A stretch of 63,545 bases of DNA, the filler included, from Octopus bimaculoides (Eukaryota): assembly GCF_001194135.2 (NCBI RefSeq). It is 8 parts of 8 records of this genome, joined end to end, with 100 filler letters (N's around TTAATTAATTAA, not from the genome) between each part and the next. Parts side by side here need not be neighbours in the genome. Positions count along the whole stretch, not along the records: positions 48,133 to 58,161 come from NC_068983.1; positions 58,262 to 61,359 come from NC_068988.1; positions 61,460 to 63,545 come from NW_026433461.1; 5 more parts are not named here. One strand, written 5' to 3'. Of this stretch, positions 48,226 to 63,179 are shown piece after piece. Both the position numbers and the translations under genes were made by a program. How positions within the stretch are numbered: position 1 is the first letter of the stretch; each line of letters begins with the position of its first letter. The notes under the pieces are model-generated. The model did no database searches, was not told the origin of the DNA, and worked only from the letters and a program-made list of their open reading frames with translations.

Positions 48226-50510
48226 CCTATCTATCTATATATCTATCTATGTCTGTGTAGCTAGTAATTTATCATGACAGTTCTATTTTAGTGATCTAAT
48301 TACTGTATATTTCCTGAAACAATTTTGTAGAGGTGTGTGTGGTATCGTCTATTATCACTTTCTCTATACGGAAGCAGGCGCATTGACAGATATCGAATGA
48401 AATAAAGAGGAGTATATTTAGAGGGAGAGTGTGTGACAGAGAGAGAGAGGGAGAGTGAAAGAGAGGGAGAGAGTATCCCCAAGGCACAAGTGAGGGAGAA
48501 CTAGAGAAATATAATAGACACACTGAGGGATACATTGAAAGCGGAGAAATAAAAATGCAACTACAGATAGATGCATATAAAAATAGACAAAATAAAGAGG
48601 AAACACGATATGATAGATGGGCGTGTCCATAATTTAGAGTACATTTATGCTTCTCGTAATCAATAAATGAATAACTAAAGAACAGGTAGATTTTGAATAA
48701 TGTGTTAGTCGTAGCAGTAATGTTTATGCTTTATTCTGGTGGTGGTAGTGGTGGTGCGATTCTCGTGACATTTAACGAAGCTATCACGAATACAATAATG
48801 GGTGGAGGTTAGCTTTAAGGCGAATATTTGATCTAAGTGCTTTTATTAGTATGCAATCTACTAAAGGTACTCCATATGCCAAGTGGTTGAGTTAACCTGG
48901 GGGACATATTAACTCTAACCTCAAATGGTATATCGTGAGATTTGACCTCAGACCTTAAAGACACGGTGCAAATACAGCAATTCATTCTGCCTAGCGTTCT
49001 TACAAATCCGCCAAACCTTCGGTAAAGATTGATGCTATTTTATAGATTCCAAATGGATGAAAATAAAACTTCAGGTTACACTGATTTGACCTCAGAACGT
49101 AGAAAGACGGAACAATTACTTGCAGTCATTCTGTTCGACTCTCAAAGAACTCTGACAGTTTGCTAGCTTAGTTACTTCTGTTGTTCGATATTTTTGCTGT
49201 AGTATTTTTAGGCAATGATCCTTCCCGCAAGAACAGTCATCTAGTGAAACGCTTTCAGGCTAAAGCATACTTCTTTTTTTTTTTAGGACGCGATGCTTCT
49301 AGTCCTGCAAAATATAGTGTTGTGATATTTGAAAATGTTGACTAAATTTCCTCTAAATCAAATGATATTTAGCGAGATAGAGGTTCCTCTGTTGTTTAGT
49401 ATATGGTCCCTTGTTAACACTGTGGTATCGAAACTATTAAATCAGATGTAGCAGGTACCTCGTTTGGCAAAATAATATTTCCATAACGTTTACGTTAGTA
49501 TTAAACATTACATTTCATATTAGATTTTATTTATGCATTTAGCTAGTTTGTGCCTCTGTAAGTGTTGCGCCTTATTGGTGATGATAATCTCTGTTAGATA
49601 TTACTGTGCTCTTTGGTTCTGCAGGGCTTGAGTGATCATTGGAACATAAAACAGAAATATTAAATTTGTCCTAATTTAAGTCTCAGTGTCAATATATATG
49701 ATGAAGTGGCTTTCAAGTAAAGCGCTAACCTACTACGTACAATCTGCTTTTGTCCATAATAGGCTTTGAAATTTTGAAATATATTACTTTGAGAAAACTT
49801 TCCACGTGTTTTACAAAAAACCTATATATACACGATAAAGAAGACATTTACATCAATTTAAATTAATTACTTTGCAGAATGTTTTGACTACTGATTTAAT
49901 TTATTGTCAATTTGCAATGCTGACAGAGGTGAGATATTATGTCAGAAAAGTAATCAATAAAAATCTTGTCTGTCCATCTCTTCCTTTAAAATATATTCAA
50001 CATTTTATGAAAAAATTTCAATGCATTTCCTCTTACTTCTTTCGACTTTGGCTGTATGTTCTCCATAATAGTTTCAAATTTTGGCACAGGTGCAGTGGGT
50101 CTTGAGGGGAGGAGAAGTCAATAACATCGAAACCCGTACTCTACTACCATTTATTTTATTGAACCAGAGAAAAAGAAAGACACAGTTAGCTTCAGCAGCT
50201 TTTGAACTCAAACCCAATTTCTCTATCATTAAGGAGGGCATCTAACCGGACGAAATGCTTATCTGCATTTTGTCTGCCTACATGTCCCCCCTTATAATAG
50301 AAAAATGGGGTTGAACAATTCCTTTTTAATGTAAGTTTACAAGAAGGTGTCTACTATTTTATTTGAGGAATACTTCCTCTGTTAGCAACTTCGAATTATC
50401 TTTAAATAAATCTGATGTTAAAGATTTTATAGTACCAAAAACACAGTTTCAATAAACACAATAGTTGCACAAACAGATGCAGTAGTTGACATGAAAGTGA
50501 AGGAATCGGA

Positions 50511-51542
50511 TACTGGGATTGGACAAAATAATGGAAACACCTAAGCATCATAGCATCATAATTTTGAAATATCTATAAAACCGCCAAAAGCTTGTTTGCT
50601 TTAAAGTTTTTGATTATTTATTAGTGTTGCTTGATAAGTTGTGTTAGAATTAGTGTTTCTTTTCAAATATCATCAGAAAAAGGTAATTAAAATTTATTAA
50701 AATGACTGATCTATCGGAATTTCAAAGGGGTCAAATTGTTGGTGCTCGTTTTGCAGGCGCTAGCGTAACAAAAACAGCCGAAATGTTTGGTGTATCAAGA
50801 AGTACTGTCTCAAAGTAATGATAGCCTTTGCGAAAGAAGGAATACCTCGTCGAATCAAATCTCTGGAAAAAAACCAAAACTTTCAGATAGGGACCGTCGG
50901 ACTCTTACGCGAATTGTTAGAAAGGATCACAAAAGTACAGCTCTCAAAATTTCTGCAGAGCTTAATAACAGCCCCGAGGACCCAGTTTCCGCAAAAACTG
51001 TTCGCCGGGAGCTGCACAAAGCTGGATATCACGGGAGGGGTTCAATCAGATAAATACTACTTCCAAAGAGAAACGTTGCAAAGCATTTAGAGTGTAGTAA
51101 AAACCTACAGAATTGGTCTCTAGAGCAGTGGAAGAATGTTATTTTTTCGGACGAGTCATCCTTTATCTTATTTCCGACCACCAGCTGAGTATACCTGTAG
51201 AGACAGCCAAAAGAAGCATTTGACCCAGACTGCCTTCTTCCAACTATTAAACATGAAGGAGGATATGTGATGATCTGAGGTGGGTGGGTGTTGGCTATAT
51301 CTTGGAAATCCGCCGGCCAAATGATTTCCTTTCATGACAGAATTAATAGTCAAGACTATTTAAACATTTTATCTGATCAAATTCATCCTATGTTTGCGGA
51401 ACTGTTTCCGGAGGGAAACGCAATCTTTCAGGATGATAATGCAGCAATTCACACAACTAAAGTTGTTACCGAATGACACGAGGAACATTCTAGTGAAGTT
51501 GAACATCTTATCTGGTTACCACAGTCACCAGATCTCAATATT
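50511..51542 (+). mobile_element. Tc1-family transposon, decayed, 3' end lost in gap
   Basis: TIR-like ttggacaaaataatggaaacacct; ATG at 50702 MTDLSEFQRGQIVGAR...; KLSDRDRRTL; FSDES; FQDDNAAIH; WLPQSPDLNI; several stops and frameshifts. Confidence 0.9.
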
Positions 51543-53379
51543 NNNNNNNNNNNNNNNNNNNNNNNNNNNNNNNNNNNNNNNNNNNNNNNNNNNNNNNNNN
51601 NNNNNNNNNNNNNNNNNNNNNNNNNNNNNNNNNNNNNNNNNNNNNNNNNNNNNNNNNNNNNNNNNNNNNNNNNNNNNNNNNNNNNNNNNNNNNNNNNNNN
51701 NNNNNNNNNNNNNNNNNNNNNNNNNNNNNNNNNNNNNNNNNNNNNNNNNNNNNNNNNNNNNNNNNNNNNNNNNNNNNNNNNNNNNNNNNNNNNNNNNNNN
51801 NNNNNNNNNNNNNNNNNNNNNNNNNNNNNNNNNNNNNNNNNNNNNNNNNNNNNNNNNNNNNNNNNNNNNNNNNNNNNNNNNNNNNNNNNNNNNNNNNNNN
51901 NNNNNNNNNNNNNNNNNNNNNNNNNNNNNNNNNNNNNNNNNNNNNNNNNNNNNNNNNNNNNNNNNNNNNNNNNNNNNNNNNNNNNNNNNNNNNNNNNNNN
52001 NNNNNNNNNNNNNNNNNNNNNNNNNNNNNNNNNNNNNNNNNNNNNNNNNNNNNNNNNNNNNNNNNNNNNNNNNNNNNNNNNNNNNNNNNNNNNNNNNNNN
52101 NNNNNNNNNNNNNNNNNNNNNNNNNNNNNNNNNNNNNNNNNNNNNNNNNNNNNNNNNNNNNNNNNNNNNNNNNNNNNNNNNNNNNNNNNNNNNNNNNNNN
52201 NNNNNNNNNNNNNNNNNNNNNNNNNNNNNNNNNNNNNNNNNNNNNNNNNNNNNNNNNNNNNNNNNNNNNTATATATATATATGCATATGTGTGTGCATGT
52301 GTTTGTGTGTGTGTGTGTTCGTGTGTGTTTTTGCGTGTATGCGGATATATTTTTGTGTGGCAGTGTGTGTGCGCACGCGTGAGTGCTTGTGTGTGTCTTG
52401 CGTGTGAAAGTGTGTGCGTGTATTGTGTGTATGTATGTGTTGTTGTTGTGTGTGTGTACTTCATGACACTTCAGCTTTAGAGATTAATTAGCGTAGTTTG
52501 CTAGAAACAGACACAAATGAATGAACCACGATTCAACATTCGGAAGTTAGATATAGTGTCAGCATTGACAAGTACCTACGGAAGTACAGGCATAGAAATT
52601 GTATGTGGGGAGAGGGAGTTGTAAACAAATAAAACGACACAAAGAAAAGTAATGAGGACATTTAGAAGGTACACGTGCATGCGCCCGCGTGCGTGTTCAT
52701 GTTTACATATGTCTTTACATACACTCATAAATGAATACATACAGGCCGTGATGAATACCACAAGGTATTGAAAATACGTATTCGCCTTTATATATTTAAT
52801 TCTTTATATTGAACACTCAATATTTCATATATTCAATAAGACATTCAATACTTCATTTCATTGTACCATCCATTTTTATATTATATATTATATATTCCAT
52901 ATTCTATATCCCACATTAATTTTACAAGAATATAAATAAAACATAANNNNNNNNNNNNNNNNNNNNNNNNNNNNNNNNNNNNNNNNNNNNNNNNNNNNNN
53001 NNNNNNNNNNNNNNNNNNNNNNNNNNNNNNNNNNNNNNNNNNNNNNNNNNNNNNNNNNNNNNNNNNNNNNNNNNNNNNNNNNNNNNNNNNNNNNNNNNNN
53101 NNNNNNNNNNNNNNNNNNNNNNNNNNNNNNNNNNNNNNNNNNNNNNNNNNNNNNNNNNNNNNNNNNNNNNNNNNNNNNNNNNNNNNNNNNNNNNNNNNNN
53201 NNNNNNNNNNNNNNNNNNNNNNNNNNNNNNNNNNNNNNNNNNNNNNNNNNNNNNNNNNNNNNNNNNNNNNNNNNCAAGAAGAAGAAGAAGGAGGAGGAGG
53301 AGGAGGAGGAGGAGGTGAAGAAGAAGAATGTGGGAGTGCCATGATAGTAGTAGGATGTCTTCAAAGAACTTCTATCGAG

Positions 53380-53935
53380 AAAAATCGCGGACTGCGATGG
53401 GTACGAGAATGGGCCCCTCATTTGCTAACCTAGTTATGGGGTATCTAGAAATTAGTCTTTATCGTAAGGTTCTAGAAAAATACGGCAGCCCATTGTCTGT
53501 CTATATAGAAAATAATTGGAAGTGATACCTGGATAAATGTTTCATTCTTTGGCATGAAAGTATAGAGAGACTTAAATAATTCCAAGCACTTATAAAACAT
53601 TCAATTCACGATGGAATATAGCCATCAACAACTTCCCTCCCTCGACGTCCTAATTAAGAAATCTAACAACGTAATAGAAGCAGATTTATACTATAAGCCT
53701 ACGGACTTCAAGCAATATTTACCGTTCAAATCATGCCACACCAGACACACCGGTATGCATATCCCCTTCAACCTAGCAAAAAGGATATGTACTATAGTTC
53801 TTAATGCAAGCACCAGAGACACACGACTACATGAACTAAAGGATACACTCATCACCATGAACTACCCACCTTCACTAAATGATATATGCTTTCAACGTGC
53901 CCTACAAATCAACATCACGGACTCAGACATCCCAA
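53380..53935 (+). mobile_element. Penelope-like retroelement RT C-terminal fragment
   Basis: TAMGTRMGPSFANLVMGYLE...LPSLDVLIKK...LYYKPTDFKQYLPFKSCH...IPFNLAKRIC; internal stops. Confidence 0.8.
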
Positions 53936-53980
53936 ATTAAAGAAAGATTTACAACCTATAACCTGTGTTTATTTTTAAAA

Positions 53981-54250
53981 ATGGAAGATAAGAAAGTTCA
54001 TTTTCGGCACTTGATGCTTTTCTTTTTCCGCAAAGGGAAAAATGCCTAACAAGCAACCAAATAAATATGTGCAGTTTACGGTGATGTTTCTTCATCCAAA
54101 AGAACTGTACGGAAGTGGTTCGCAAGGTTCCGAGCTGGAGAGTGTAGCCTTATTGATAAAGGGACATCAGACAGACCATCCACTGCAGATGATGACCAAA
54201 TCAAGTCATTAAATGAGAATAACCCACATTGCACAACCTCAGAATTGGAA
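53981..54250 (+). mobile_element. Mariner transposase N-terminal (HTH) fragment
   Basis: MEDKKVHFRHLMLFFFRKGKNA*...ICAVYGD...TVRKWFARFRAG...SDRPS. Confidence 0.8.
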
Positions 54251-54558
54251 TTTGTTGAGGGACAAATTGGTAACAAAAACAGGACTGAAAAAACAAACGA
54301 TAAGGGCTGCTAAGCCATAAGAAAGTGAGGTGGCGAACGATGGAGGAAGAAGCTTTGACAAGAGAAAATAAAGAAGACGCAGACAAAAATGTGTGTGATA
54401 TGTGACGTTCTGTACCCATATATGCATATGTATATACATATGTATGTAAGTATGTACATATATGTATGTATATATGTATATATATGTACATATACATGCA
54501 TGCATCCATCCAGGCATACGTATATACATACATACATACGTACATAAATGCACACACA

Positions 54559-54619
<61 letters not shown>

Positions 54620-55409
54620 NNNNNNNNNNNNNNNNNNNNNNNNNNNNNNNNNNNNNNNNNNNNNNNNNNNNNNNNNNNNNNNNNNNNNNNNNNNNNNNNN
54701 NNNNNNNNNNNNNNNNNNNNNNNNNNNNNNNNNNNNNNNNNNNNNNNNNNNNNNNNNNNNNNNNNNNNNNNNNNNNNNNNNNNNNNNNNNATATATTATT
54801 TATATTATTATAAGACTGAACGTCACGTATCCATTTCCAAGTAAATTTATAAATATATATTTCTATGTATCTATTTGTCTATCTATCTACTTATCTATTG
54901 AAATGATCAAGACGAAAGTGAAGAATATCAGAAATATTTGATAAACACATACCAAAATACAAATTGCTTTTGCCACAGGGTGGAACAAACAATTTAAAGT
55001 GAAAATAAAAGTATAACCATGTACCCTCATATATAGCCATATTAATGAATATATACACGCTGTACGTCAATGTACATTGAACAATGTACACACGCACACA
55101 CACCCATTTATAGATATACACACACATGCATGTGTATATGCAGTCATTGACGCGTACAATGACTTAAAAATGTTATATATCTAAATCTATATAAACAAAT
55201 ATATATATTGAAACACATATATCCATTGTTATATAGATACATGTATTAATATAAAGCTCATAAATTCTTACATATGTGTTTTAAAACAAGGAAATATTCA
55301 TGCACAATGTTTCTAACTGCAATGTTATCTGTGTTAACGTTCGTTTAAGCATGGATTCAAATTGTATAGTTCATTTTTTTCTAATTATATCAATAGCAGT
55401 TCATTAAGA

Positions 55410-56130
55410 ATGAAATGTCCGATTTTGAAATGGAAGTTTATTTTACTTTATCTCAGCAAAAGCAATCCATTTAATCAAAGTAGGCACCTAAATTATAAGC
55501 ACAATTTTGATATTTGATAGGTAGCTTATTTATGCCGGCAGCGAAAAATTCTGGAAAGCAAGAATTGATGGAATCACGAAAGGCTGTTTTTGCATTTCCT
55601 TCACATCTGAAGTTTTTCCATTGCAAAAAGTTGTCTAATACCTGGAAAACGTGATAGTTGGTGCAAGGTCTGATGAATATGGTGGTTGACTCGGTGACTT
55701 GATTATCGCTCTTTGTGAAACACGTAGTCGATCATTGACTTGCAAGAGAACTTGCCTGTCTCTATTGACCAATCTCGGTTGTTTACTTGCAAGTTCCTTC
55801 ATCGTATCATCCAATGGGTTGATGTATACATCTGCTGTAATTGACTTACCGGCTCTCATGAAGCTGTAGATGATAAGACCAACGCTGGACCACCAAACAT
55901 ACACCATTAGCTTTTTTTGGTGAATATTTGTTTGGATTGTATTGGCACTTCGTCTCTGTCCAACCACCGTGTAGAACGTTTGCTATTGTTGAAAATAATC
56001 CATTTTTCATGAAACAAACATTACGATGCAAAACGTGGCTCGCTTTTATGTCGTGATAGCAAAGACCAAGTTTCAAGACGACGTGTTATCTGATGCAGCC
56101 ACAACTTTTCTAGTGGCCACACCTTTTATT
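55410..56130 (-). mobile_element. Mariner transposase catalytic and C-terminal fragment, decayed
   Basis: HQKKLMVYVWWS...ITADVY...QPRLVNRDRQVLLQ...PPYSSDLAP...FFAAGINKLP...GAYFD*. Confidence 0.85.
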
Positions 56131-56327
56131 ATATACTTAATAAAAACCTATCAAGATTAACAAGCGGTTTGCTTGCATTCGTGGTATTAATGTAGTGGAT
56201 TTATTTCTCCTCTATGTTTCACCATATGCGTATACAAATGTTTATTAGATCCCTCTAACTCTCTCTCTCTCCATCTGTCTATCTGTTTTTCTTTTTTCTT
56301 CGTTCGTTCGTTCGTTCGTTCGTTCCT

Positions 56328-56395
<68 letters not shown>

Positions 56396-56427
56396 TCATT
56401 CTTTCTTTCTTTCTTTCTTTCCTTCTT

Positions 56428-56524
<97 letters not shown>

Positions 56525-58125
56525 NNNNNNNNNNNNNNNNNNNNNNNNNNNNNNNNNNNNNNNNNNNNNNNNNNNNNNNNNNNNNNNNNNNNNNNNNNNN
56601 NNNNNNNNNNNNNNNNNNNNNNNNNNNNNNNNNNNNNNNNNNNNNNNNNNNNNNNNNNNNNNNNNNNNNNNNNNNNNNNNNNNNNNNNNNNNNNNNNNNN
56701 NNNNNNNNNNNNNNNNNNNNNNNNNNNNNNNNNNNNNNNNNNNNNNNNNNNNNNNNNNNNNNNNNNNNNNNNNNNNNNNNNNNNNNNNNNNNNNNNNNNN
56801 NNNNNNNNNNNNNNNNNNNNNNNNNNNNNNNNNNNNNNNNNNNNNNNNNNNNNNNNNNNNNNNNNNNNNNNNNNNNNNNNNNNNNNNNNNNNNNNNNNNN
56901 NNNNNNNNNNNNNNNNNNNNNNNNNNNNNNNNNNNNNNNNNNNNNNNNNNNNNNNNNNNNNNNNNNNNNNNNNNNNNNNNNNNNNNNNNNNNNNNNNNNN
57001 NNNNNNNNNNNNNNNNNNNNNNNNNNNNNNNNNNNNNNNNNNNNNNNNNNNNNNNNNNNNNNNNNNNNNNNNNNNNNNNNNNNNNNNNNNNNNTATATAT
57101 ATATATATATATGCAAGACGGAGAGGGAGAGAGAAAGGAGAGGGAGAAGAGAGGGAGAGAGAGAAAGAAGTAATATATAGTCAATAGGTGAATGAGAGAT
57201 ACACACAAAGAAAAATAGAGACAGACATAAAGATGTAATTATTGAGACAGAGACGGTACGTTAGATTCCTGAAATCAACGAATGACTGGAGTGTTGTCAT
57301 TGAAGAAAAGACAAACAGAATATAAATTCAAATTGTATCTAAACACAAAGGACTGATGTAGTTAATTCTTGAGGTCATTGAATAATAATTGTTTCTTCTG
57401 GCATTTTAAATACAACAATTGATATATAGTGTTATTTCAGGTCAGTTCTATTTCTGTAATCTAATCAGTGTAGATTAGCAGAAACAGCCGAATATTCTAT
57501 CGAGTATCATTTTTCAGAATTCTTATAGATTTCATGTATAATAAAAGATGATACATCTTCATTCCCTCTTCCTTATTTTTTTGCAGTCATTTTCTATCTA
57601 GAACTCCATTATGCTACGCATCCTTCGTTTTTATTGATGATATGATGTGCTGCGATAGATGTATGACTGCAGTTACTGTATGGTCAAACTAGACTGTGGA
57701 TGATCCATTTTCTGATGGTATATTCAAGTAAGCAGAATTTTAAGGGAACTAAGAATATGTGTGCATGTGTGTGTGTGCATGTGTGTGTGTGCATGTGTGT
57801 GTGCATACACTGCTAATCCTATATGAGGATACAACTAAGATTTGATTCATTACTGATCGGGATTTACTGTCTTACGTGATCATTCAAGTGACGTCATGTT
57901 AACTGTATGTCCCTGGTAGTATCAGAGCTGTATCCATTCTCATCAGTCAAGTACCCACAAGTTACTCGCGGGAGTAACGTTGAATATGTTTTTCAACTGG
58001 TTAGGGAACATTATTTTGACCTGTCGATATTTTACCGACACCGACAAAGCACACATCCAAGGAGTTTTGTAGGCTTCAAAAGATTTGGAATTTACATAGT
58101 ACTGAATGGCCTTCAGTGTTTGGAA

Positions 58126-58161
<36 letters not shown>

Positions 58162-58633
58162 NNNNNNNNNNNNNNNNNNNNNNNNNNNNNNNNNNNNNNN
58201 NNNNNTTAATTAATTAANNNNNNNNNNNNNNNNNNNNNNNNNNNNNNNNNNNNNNNNNNNNGTGTGGCACACCGTGCGTCTGTTCATACCATGCGTCTGA
58301 TGGAGGGTGTGAGCTAATATACGGCCCTTACATTCGATCCGTATAAACGAACCATTTGAGTAAGCTGGTAAGCAAGATATTTCAGAACCGTCTTTTTCGG
58401 ACAGCGAGAGTCTACTTATGACATGGTGATTGCTCCGTCTTCACACACGATTGCAGTTTCTTTATCCTTCCTTGTTGCCAATGACATTGCTGACAGCTGT
58501 TCTGTTGCGCTGCTGATTTTCATGGCTTGAGGAAAATGCGGTAGACGAAGGCTGCAACTTACTGTGCACTTCCAGCTGGTTAACTTTACATAGGCCATCA
58601 CTTTTCCCTTGCTATTGGACTTTCAGTAGATGT

Positions 58634-58838
58634 GAGGTGCGTGGCTTAGTGGTTAGGGTGCTGGATTCATGATCGTAGGATTGTGGCTTCGATTCCTGGA
58701 TCAGGTAACGCGTTGTGATCTTGGGCAAATCACTTTATTTCATGTTGCTCCAGTCCTGTCAGCTGGCAAAAATGAATAAAGGTGGTGCTCCAGTGCGGCC
58801 GCAGTCAAATGACTGAAACAGGTAAAGGAATAAAAGAA
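58634..58838 (+). mobile_element. tRNA/CORE-type SINE family D head joined to a family-A tail
   Basis: gtggcttagtggttagggtg...ttcgattcctgg...tcttgggcaaatcacttt...cagctggcaaaaatg, then taaaggtggtgctccag...gaaacaggtaaag. Confidence 0.6.
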
Positions 58839-59097
58839 TAAACGAACAAACGCTTAGCGATCGATATTTAATGAATAACCATCTCGCTTGTTGACTTTTA
58901 AAAGTATAATTGACAATATACTCTGTACAAACACACACGCACACACGCAATCACACACACACAAACACACACAAACGCAAGTATATAAGTGCTATTGCAC
59001 GAAATGCTCGACCGTTGGTTTATTCTGTGACTTCTTAATAAAACGCACAGTCACAAATACACACACAAGCACACACGCACGTGTGCGCACGTATACA

Positions 59098-59157
<60 letters not shown>

Positions 59158-59828
59158 CACATTTAAGAGGGATGACCACTGCTATAAGAAGACCACTAAG
59201 AAAATATTGTTCTCAAGAAAATTCAGAAAACGCCAGAACGTAAGCGAGCAAGAGAAATGAAAAGACGCAAAATAGAAAGATTAATCATAAACAGCAGCCG
59301 AATCGCTATCAGATCACACTATAGCATTTCATAAAGGGATGCCAGCATTATAATTCCATTGCCATCCGTGTCTTTAAAAGACAACAAACGGGATTGTTAC
59401 TCATCGAATGCTTTGATTGTAGATGTACTCTATCACGGCTAACCTGGGGCTAAAAAAGAAAAAAAAAACAGAACAACAGTAACGAAAAAACAGAAAATAA
59501 TTTAGATTAAGAAGAAAAAAAATACTAAGAGTGAAATAAAAACAGAAAAGAATAGAAAAAATAATGATAATTTTCGAAGTGTTATTCTCGATATCTCGAA
59601 AACTTTTGTTTTCACATCCATTATCCTTGTTAAATATTTCATGAAGTTGTTACTTGCAACCAAACAAAATGGCGTAGAATGAAGGGAGACAACAAGTGAA
59701 AGATTGACTGATAAACAAAACTGAAAAATGAAGAAGAAAAATTAAAAACTTCCATGCTTCATGGTTTTGCTGCATGTTGGTGTGTTTCTTTGCTGGTTTA
59801 ATTGTGAGAACGACTACGAGGAAGGATC

Positions 59829-59872
<44 letters not shown>

Positions 59873-60821
59873 TACAGAAAAAATAACTATGGACCGGCCG
59901 AGGGCTGATGAAAATGAAATAATGGTTGAAAGAGGTAATGTAATCGATAAGCAAATAGCCATATACATATACATATGTAACCGATAAGCAAATACCGATA
60001 TATATACATATGTATATATGTATATATTTTATATACATATATGTATGAATGTATATGTGAATACATACACATGCACAGAGGCATACCAGAGCAGAATATG
60101 ACGCCACGGTGTCTCGTCCGATGCGTTGCCAATTTACTTGTTACTTCGCTAAAATCAAATGTGTGTGTGTGTGTGTGTGGGTGGGTGGGTGTGTATGAGT
60201 GTGGATATCTGCACTCATACAGAAACACACACAACACGCACTCAACACAGACACACACATACATACAGTCAAGTGTAAGCGTAATGTATGCAGAATTCTT
60301 AGCACAAACAATTGTTATGAATTAAGAGCCAAATTCAACCACAACCGGAAGTACAGCCATTAAGACGTATCTTAAACGACGAATACGCTTTGTTTCTAAA
60401 CCACTTTTAAATCTTGGCTAAGCTAAAGCCTCCGTCTGTCTTAAGCATTGTCAAAGACAATAAGTTCAATTGCTTTTTGTAATTGGTGTGTATAATACCC
60501 GGTCACAGACACACGTGCAGAGGCTTACATATAAGGGCATGTGAGAGCGTCTATGTATATGTGTATGTATATGTGTATGCATGTGTGTGTACGGTGTGTA
60601 TGTGTGTGTACGGCGAGTACTTCATTTGTGTGTATAGCTGTGTGTGTGTGTGTGAGTGTATATGTGTGTATGTATATGCATCTAATATAGGAATATTGTC
60701 CAATTATAACAAGTGAATTCATTGAAGAGTGAGTATATATGTATATAAATATATATGTATATATATGTGTGCGTGTATACAGATATATATCTATTACGTA
60801 TATATGTGTGTATGTATGTAA

Positions 60822-60880
<59 letters not shown>

Positions 60881-61459
60881 CATACATATATTATGTATAT
60901 ATGTATATATATTTATATACGTACTATGTATATTATGTATATATGTATATATATTTATATACGTACTATGTAAAGTCTCGTAGAAGCACTTAAGGATATA
61001 CGTGCGTTTATACACACACACACATACACATATTAAATATGTATATACATCCATACATAATACATATAGGCCTGTATATACGCGCGTATTTTCATGCACA
61101 AACATATATGCACACCCTGTCGTTGTTTCGTTATGCGCTGAATGAAGTGATACGTTGAAGCGAAAGTAAACTTAGAACACTTTTTCGAAAACAATTCTTG
61201 TAAGAATAACACAAAGTTTAAGGAGAATGAGGAAGGTGTGAGAGAGAGGAAGAGAGAGTAAGAATAAGGAAGCCTACTTAGAGAAGTGCTATGAAAGACC
61301 AAGAATTTAACAAAGCAAACTCTCTCTATCTCTCTCTCTCTCTCAGATCGGAAGAGCACNNNNNNNNNNNNNNNNNNNNNNNNNNNNNNNNNNNNNNNNN
61401 NNNTTAATTAATTAANNNNNNNNNNNNNNNNNNNNNNNNNNNNNNNNNNNNNNNNNNNN

Positions 61460-61503
<44 letters not shown>

Positions 61504-61841
61504 CATAGACAATAAAATAGAGCAGGAAAAAAATTTGTGAACATGACACAGCCAGGGTCGAACGCGTTCCAGAAGAAAATGCTTTGAAAATATGTGTTAC
61601 TGTTGTTGTTGCTGTTGTTGTTGTTAGTGATAGTGGTGATAGTGAAGGGTCAAGAGGTCAGTTTTAATCGAACGAAGCAGTCCTATCACGTACAAGGTAG
61701 GTAGTAGGCCGAACAAATTGTGACAGGTCACAGAAATCGGACGTGTTTCGGATGTTGTTGTTGATTAGCTGAAGGTCAACTTTGACCAAATAAATACGCT
61801 TCAGTGGGTGGACAGACAGACAGACAGACAGACAAATAGAT

Positions 61842-61872
<31 letters not shown>

Positions 61873-61874
<2 letters not shown>

Positions 61875-62116
61875 CTCTTTTACTCTTTTACTTGTTTCAG
61901 TCTTTTGACTGTGGCCATGCTGGAGCACCGCCTTTAGTCGAGCAAATCGACCCCAGGACTTATTCTTTAGAAGCCTAGTACTTATTCTATCGATCTGTTT
62001 TGCCAAAACGCTAAGTTACGGGGACATAAACACACCAGCATCGGTTGTCAAGCGATGTTGGGGGGACAAACACACACATACAAACATATACACACACATA
62101 CATATATATATACATA
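61873..62116 (-). mobile_element. SINE family A 3' half, broken by a gap at its internal microsatellite
   Basis: Matches the family-A tail and body. Confidence 0.8.
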
Positions 62117-63114
62117 NNNNNNNNNNNNNNNNNNNNNNNNNNNNNNNNNNNNNNNNNNNNNNNNNNNNNNNNNNNNNNNNNNNNNNNNNNNNNNNNNNNN
62201 NNNNNNNNNNNNNNNNNNNNNNNNNNNNNNNNNNNNNNNNNNNNNNNNNNNNNNNNNNNNNNNNNNNNNNNNNNNNNNNNNNNNNNNNNNNNNNNNNNNN
62301 NNNNNNNNNNNNNNNNNNNNNNNNNNNNNNNNNNNNNNNNNNNNNNNNNNNNNNNNNNNNNNNNNNNNNNNNNNNNNNNNNNNNNNNNNNNNNNNNNNNN
62401 NNNNNNNNNNNNNNNNNNNNNNNNNNNNNNNNNNNNNNNNNNNNNNNNNNNNNNNNNNNNNNNNNNNNNNNNNNNNNNNNNNNNNNNNNNNNNNNNNNNN
62501 NNNNNNNNNNNNNNNNNNNNNNNNNNNNNNNNNNNNNNNNNNNNNNNNNNNNNNNNNNNNNNNNNNNNNNNNNNNNNNNNNNNNNNNNNNNNNNNNNNNN
62601 NNNNNNNNNNNNNNNNNNNNNNNNNNNNNNNNNNNNNNNNNNNNNNNNNNNNNNNNNNNNNNNNNNNNNNNNNNNNNNNNNNNNNNNNNNNNNNNNNNNN
62701 NNNNNNNNNNNNNNNNNNNNNNNNNNNNNNNNNNNNNNNNNNNNNNNNNNNNNNNNNNNNNNNNNNNNNNNNNNNNNNNNNNNNNNNNNNNNNNNNNNNN
62801 NNNNNNNNNNNNNNNNNNNNNNNNNNNNNNNNNNNNNNNNNNNNNNNNNNNNNNNNNNNNNNNNNNNNNNNNNNNNNNNNNNNNNNNNNNNNNNNNNNNN
62901 NNNNNNNNNNNNNNNNNNNNNNNNNNNNNNNNNNNNNNNNNNNNNNNNNNNNNNNNNNNNNNNNNNNNNNNNNNNNNNNNNNNNNNNNNNNNNNNNNNNN
63001 NNNNNNNNNNNNNNNNNNNNNNNNNNNNNNNNNNNNNNNNNNNNNNNNNNNNNNNNNNNNNNNNNNNNNNNNNNNNNNNNNNNNNNNNNNNNNNNNNNNN
63101 NNNNNNNNNNNNNN

Positions 63115-63179
<65 letters not shown>

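Noticed and set aside
57907-58620. Short ORFs in unique-looking sequence (57907-58140, 58416-58601)
   Set aside because: No recognisable domain, and stops occur in candidate exon frames; unresolved rather than supported.
11867-61415. Regularly recurring TTAATTAATTAA within N runs (superficially array-like)
   Set aside because: Always centred in 100-nt N blocks; this is a scaffolding pad, not biology and not a CRISPR array.
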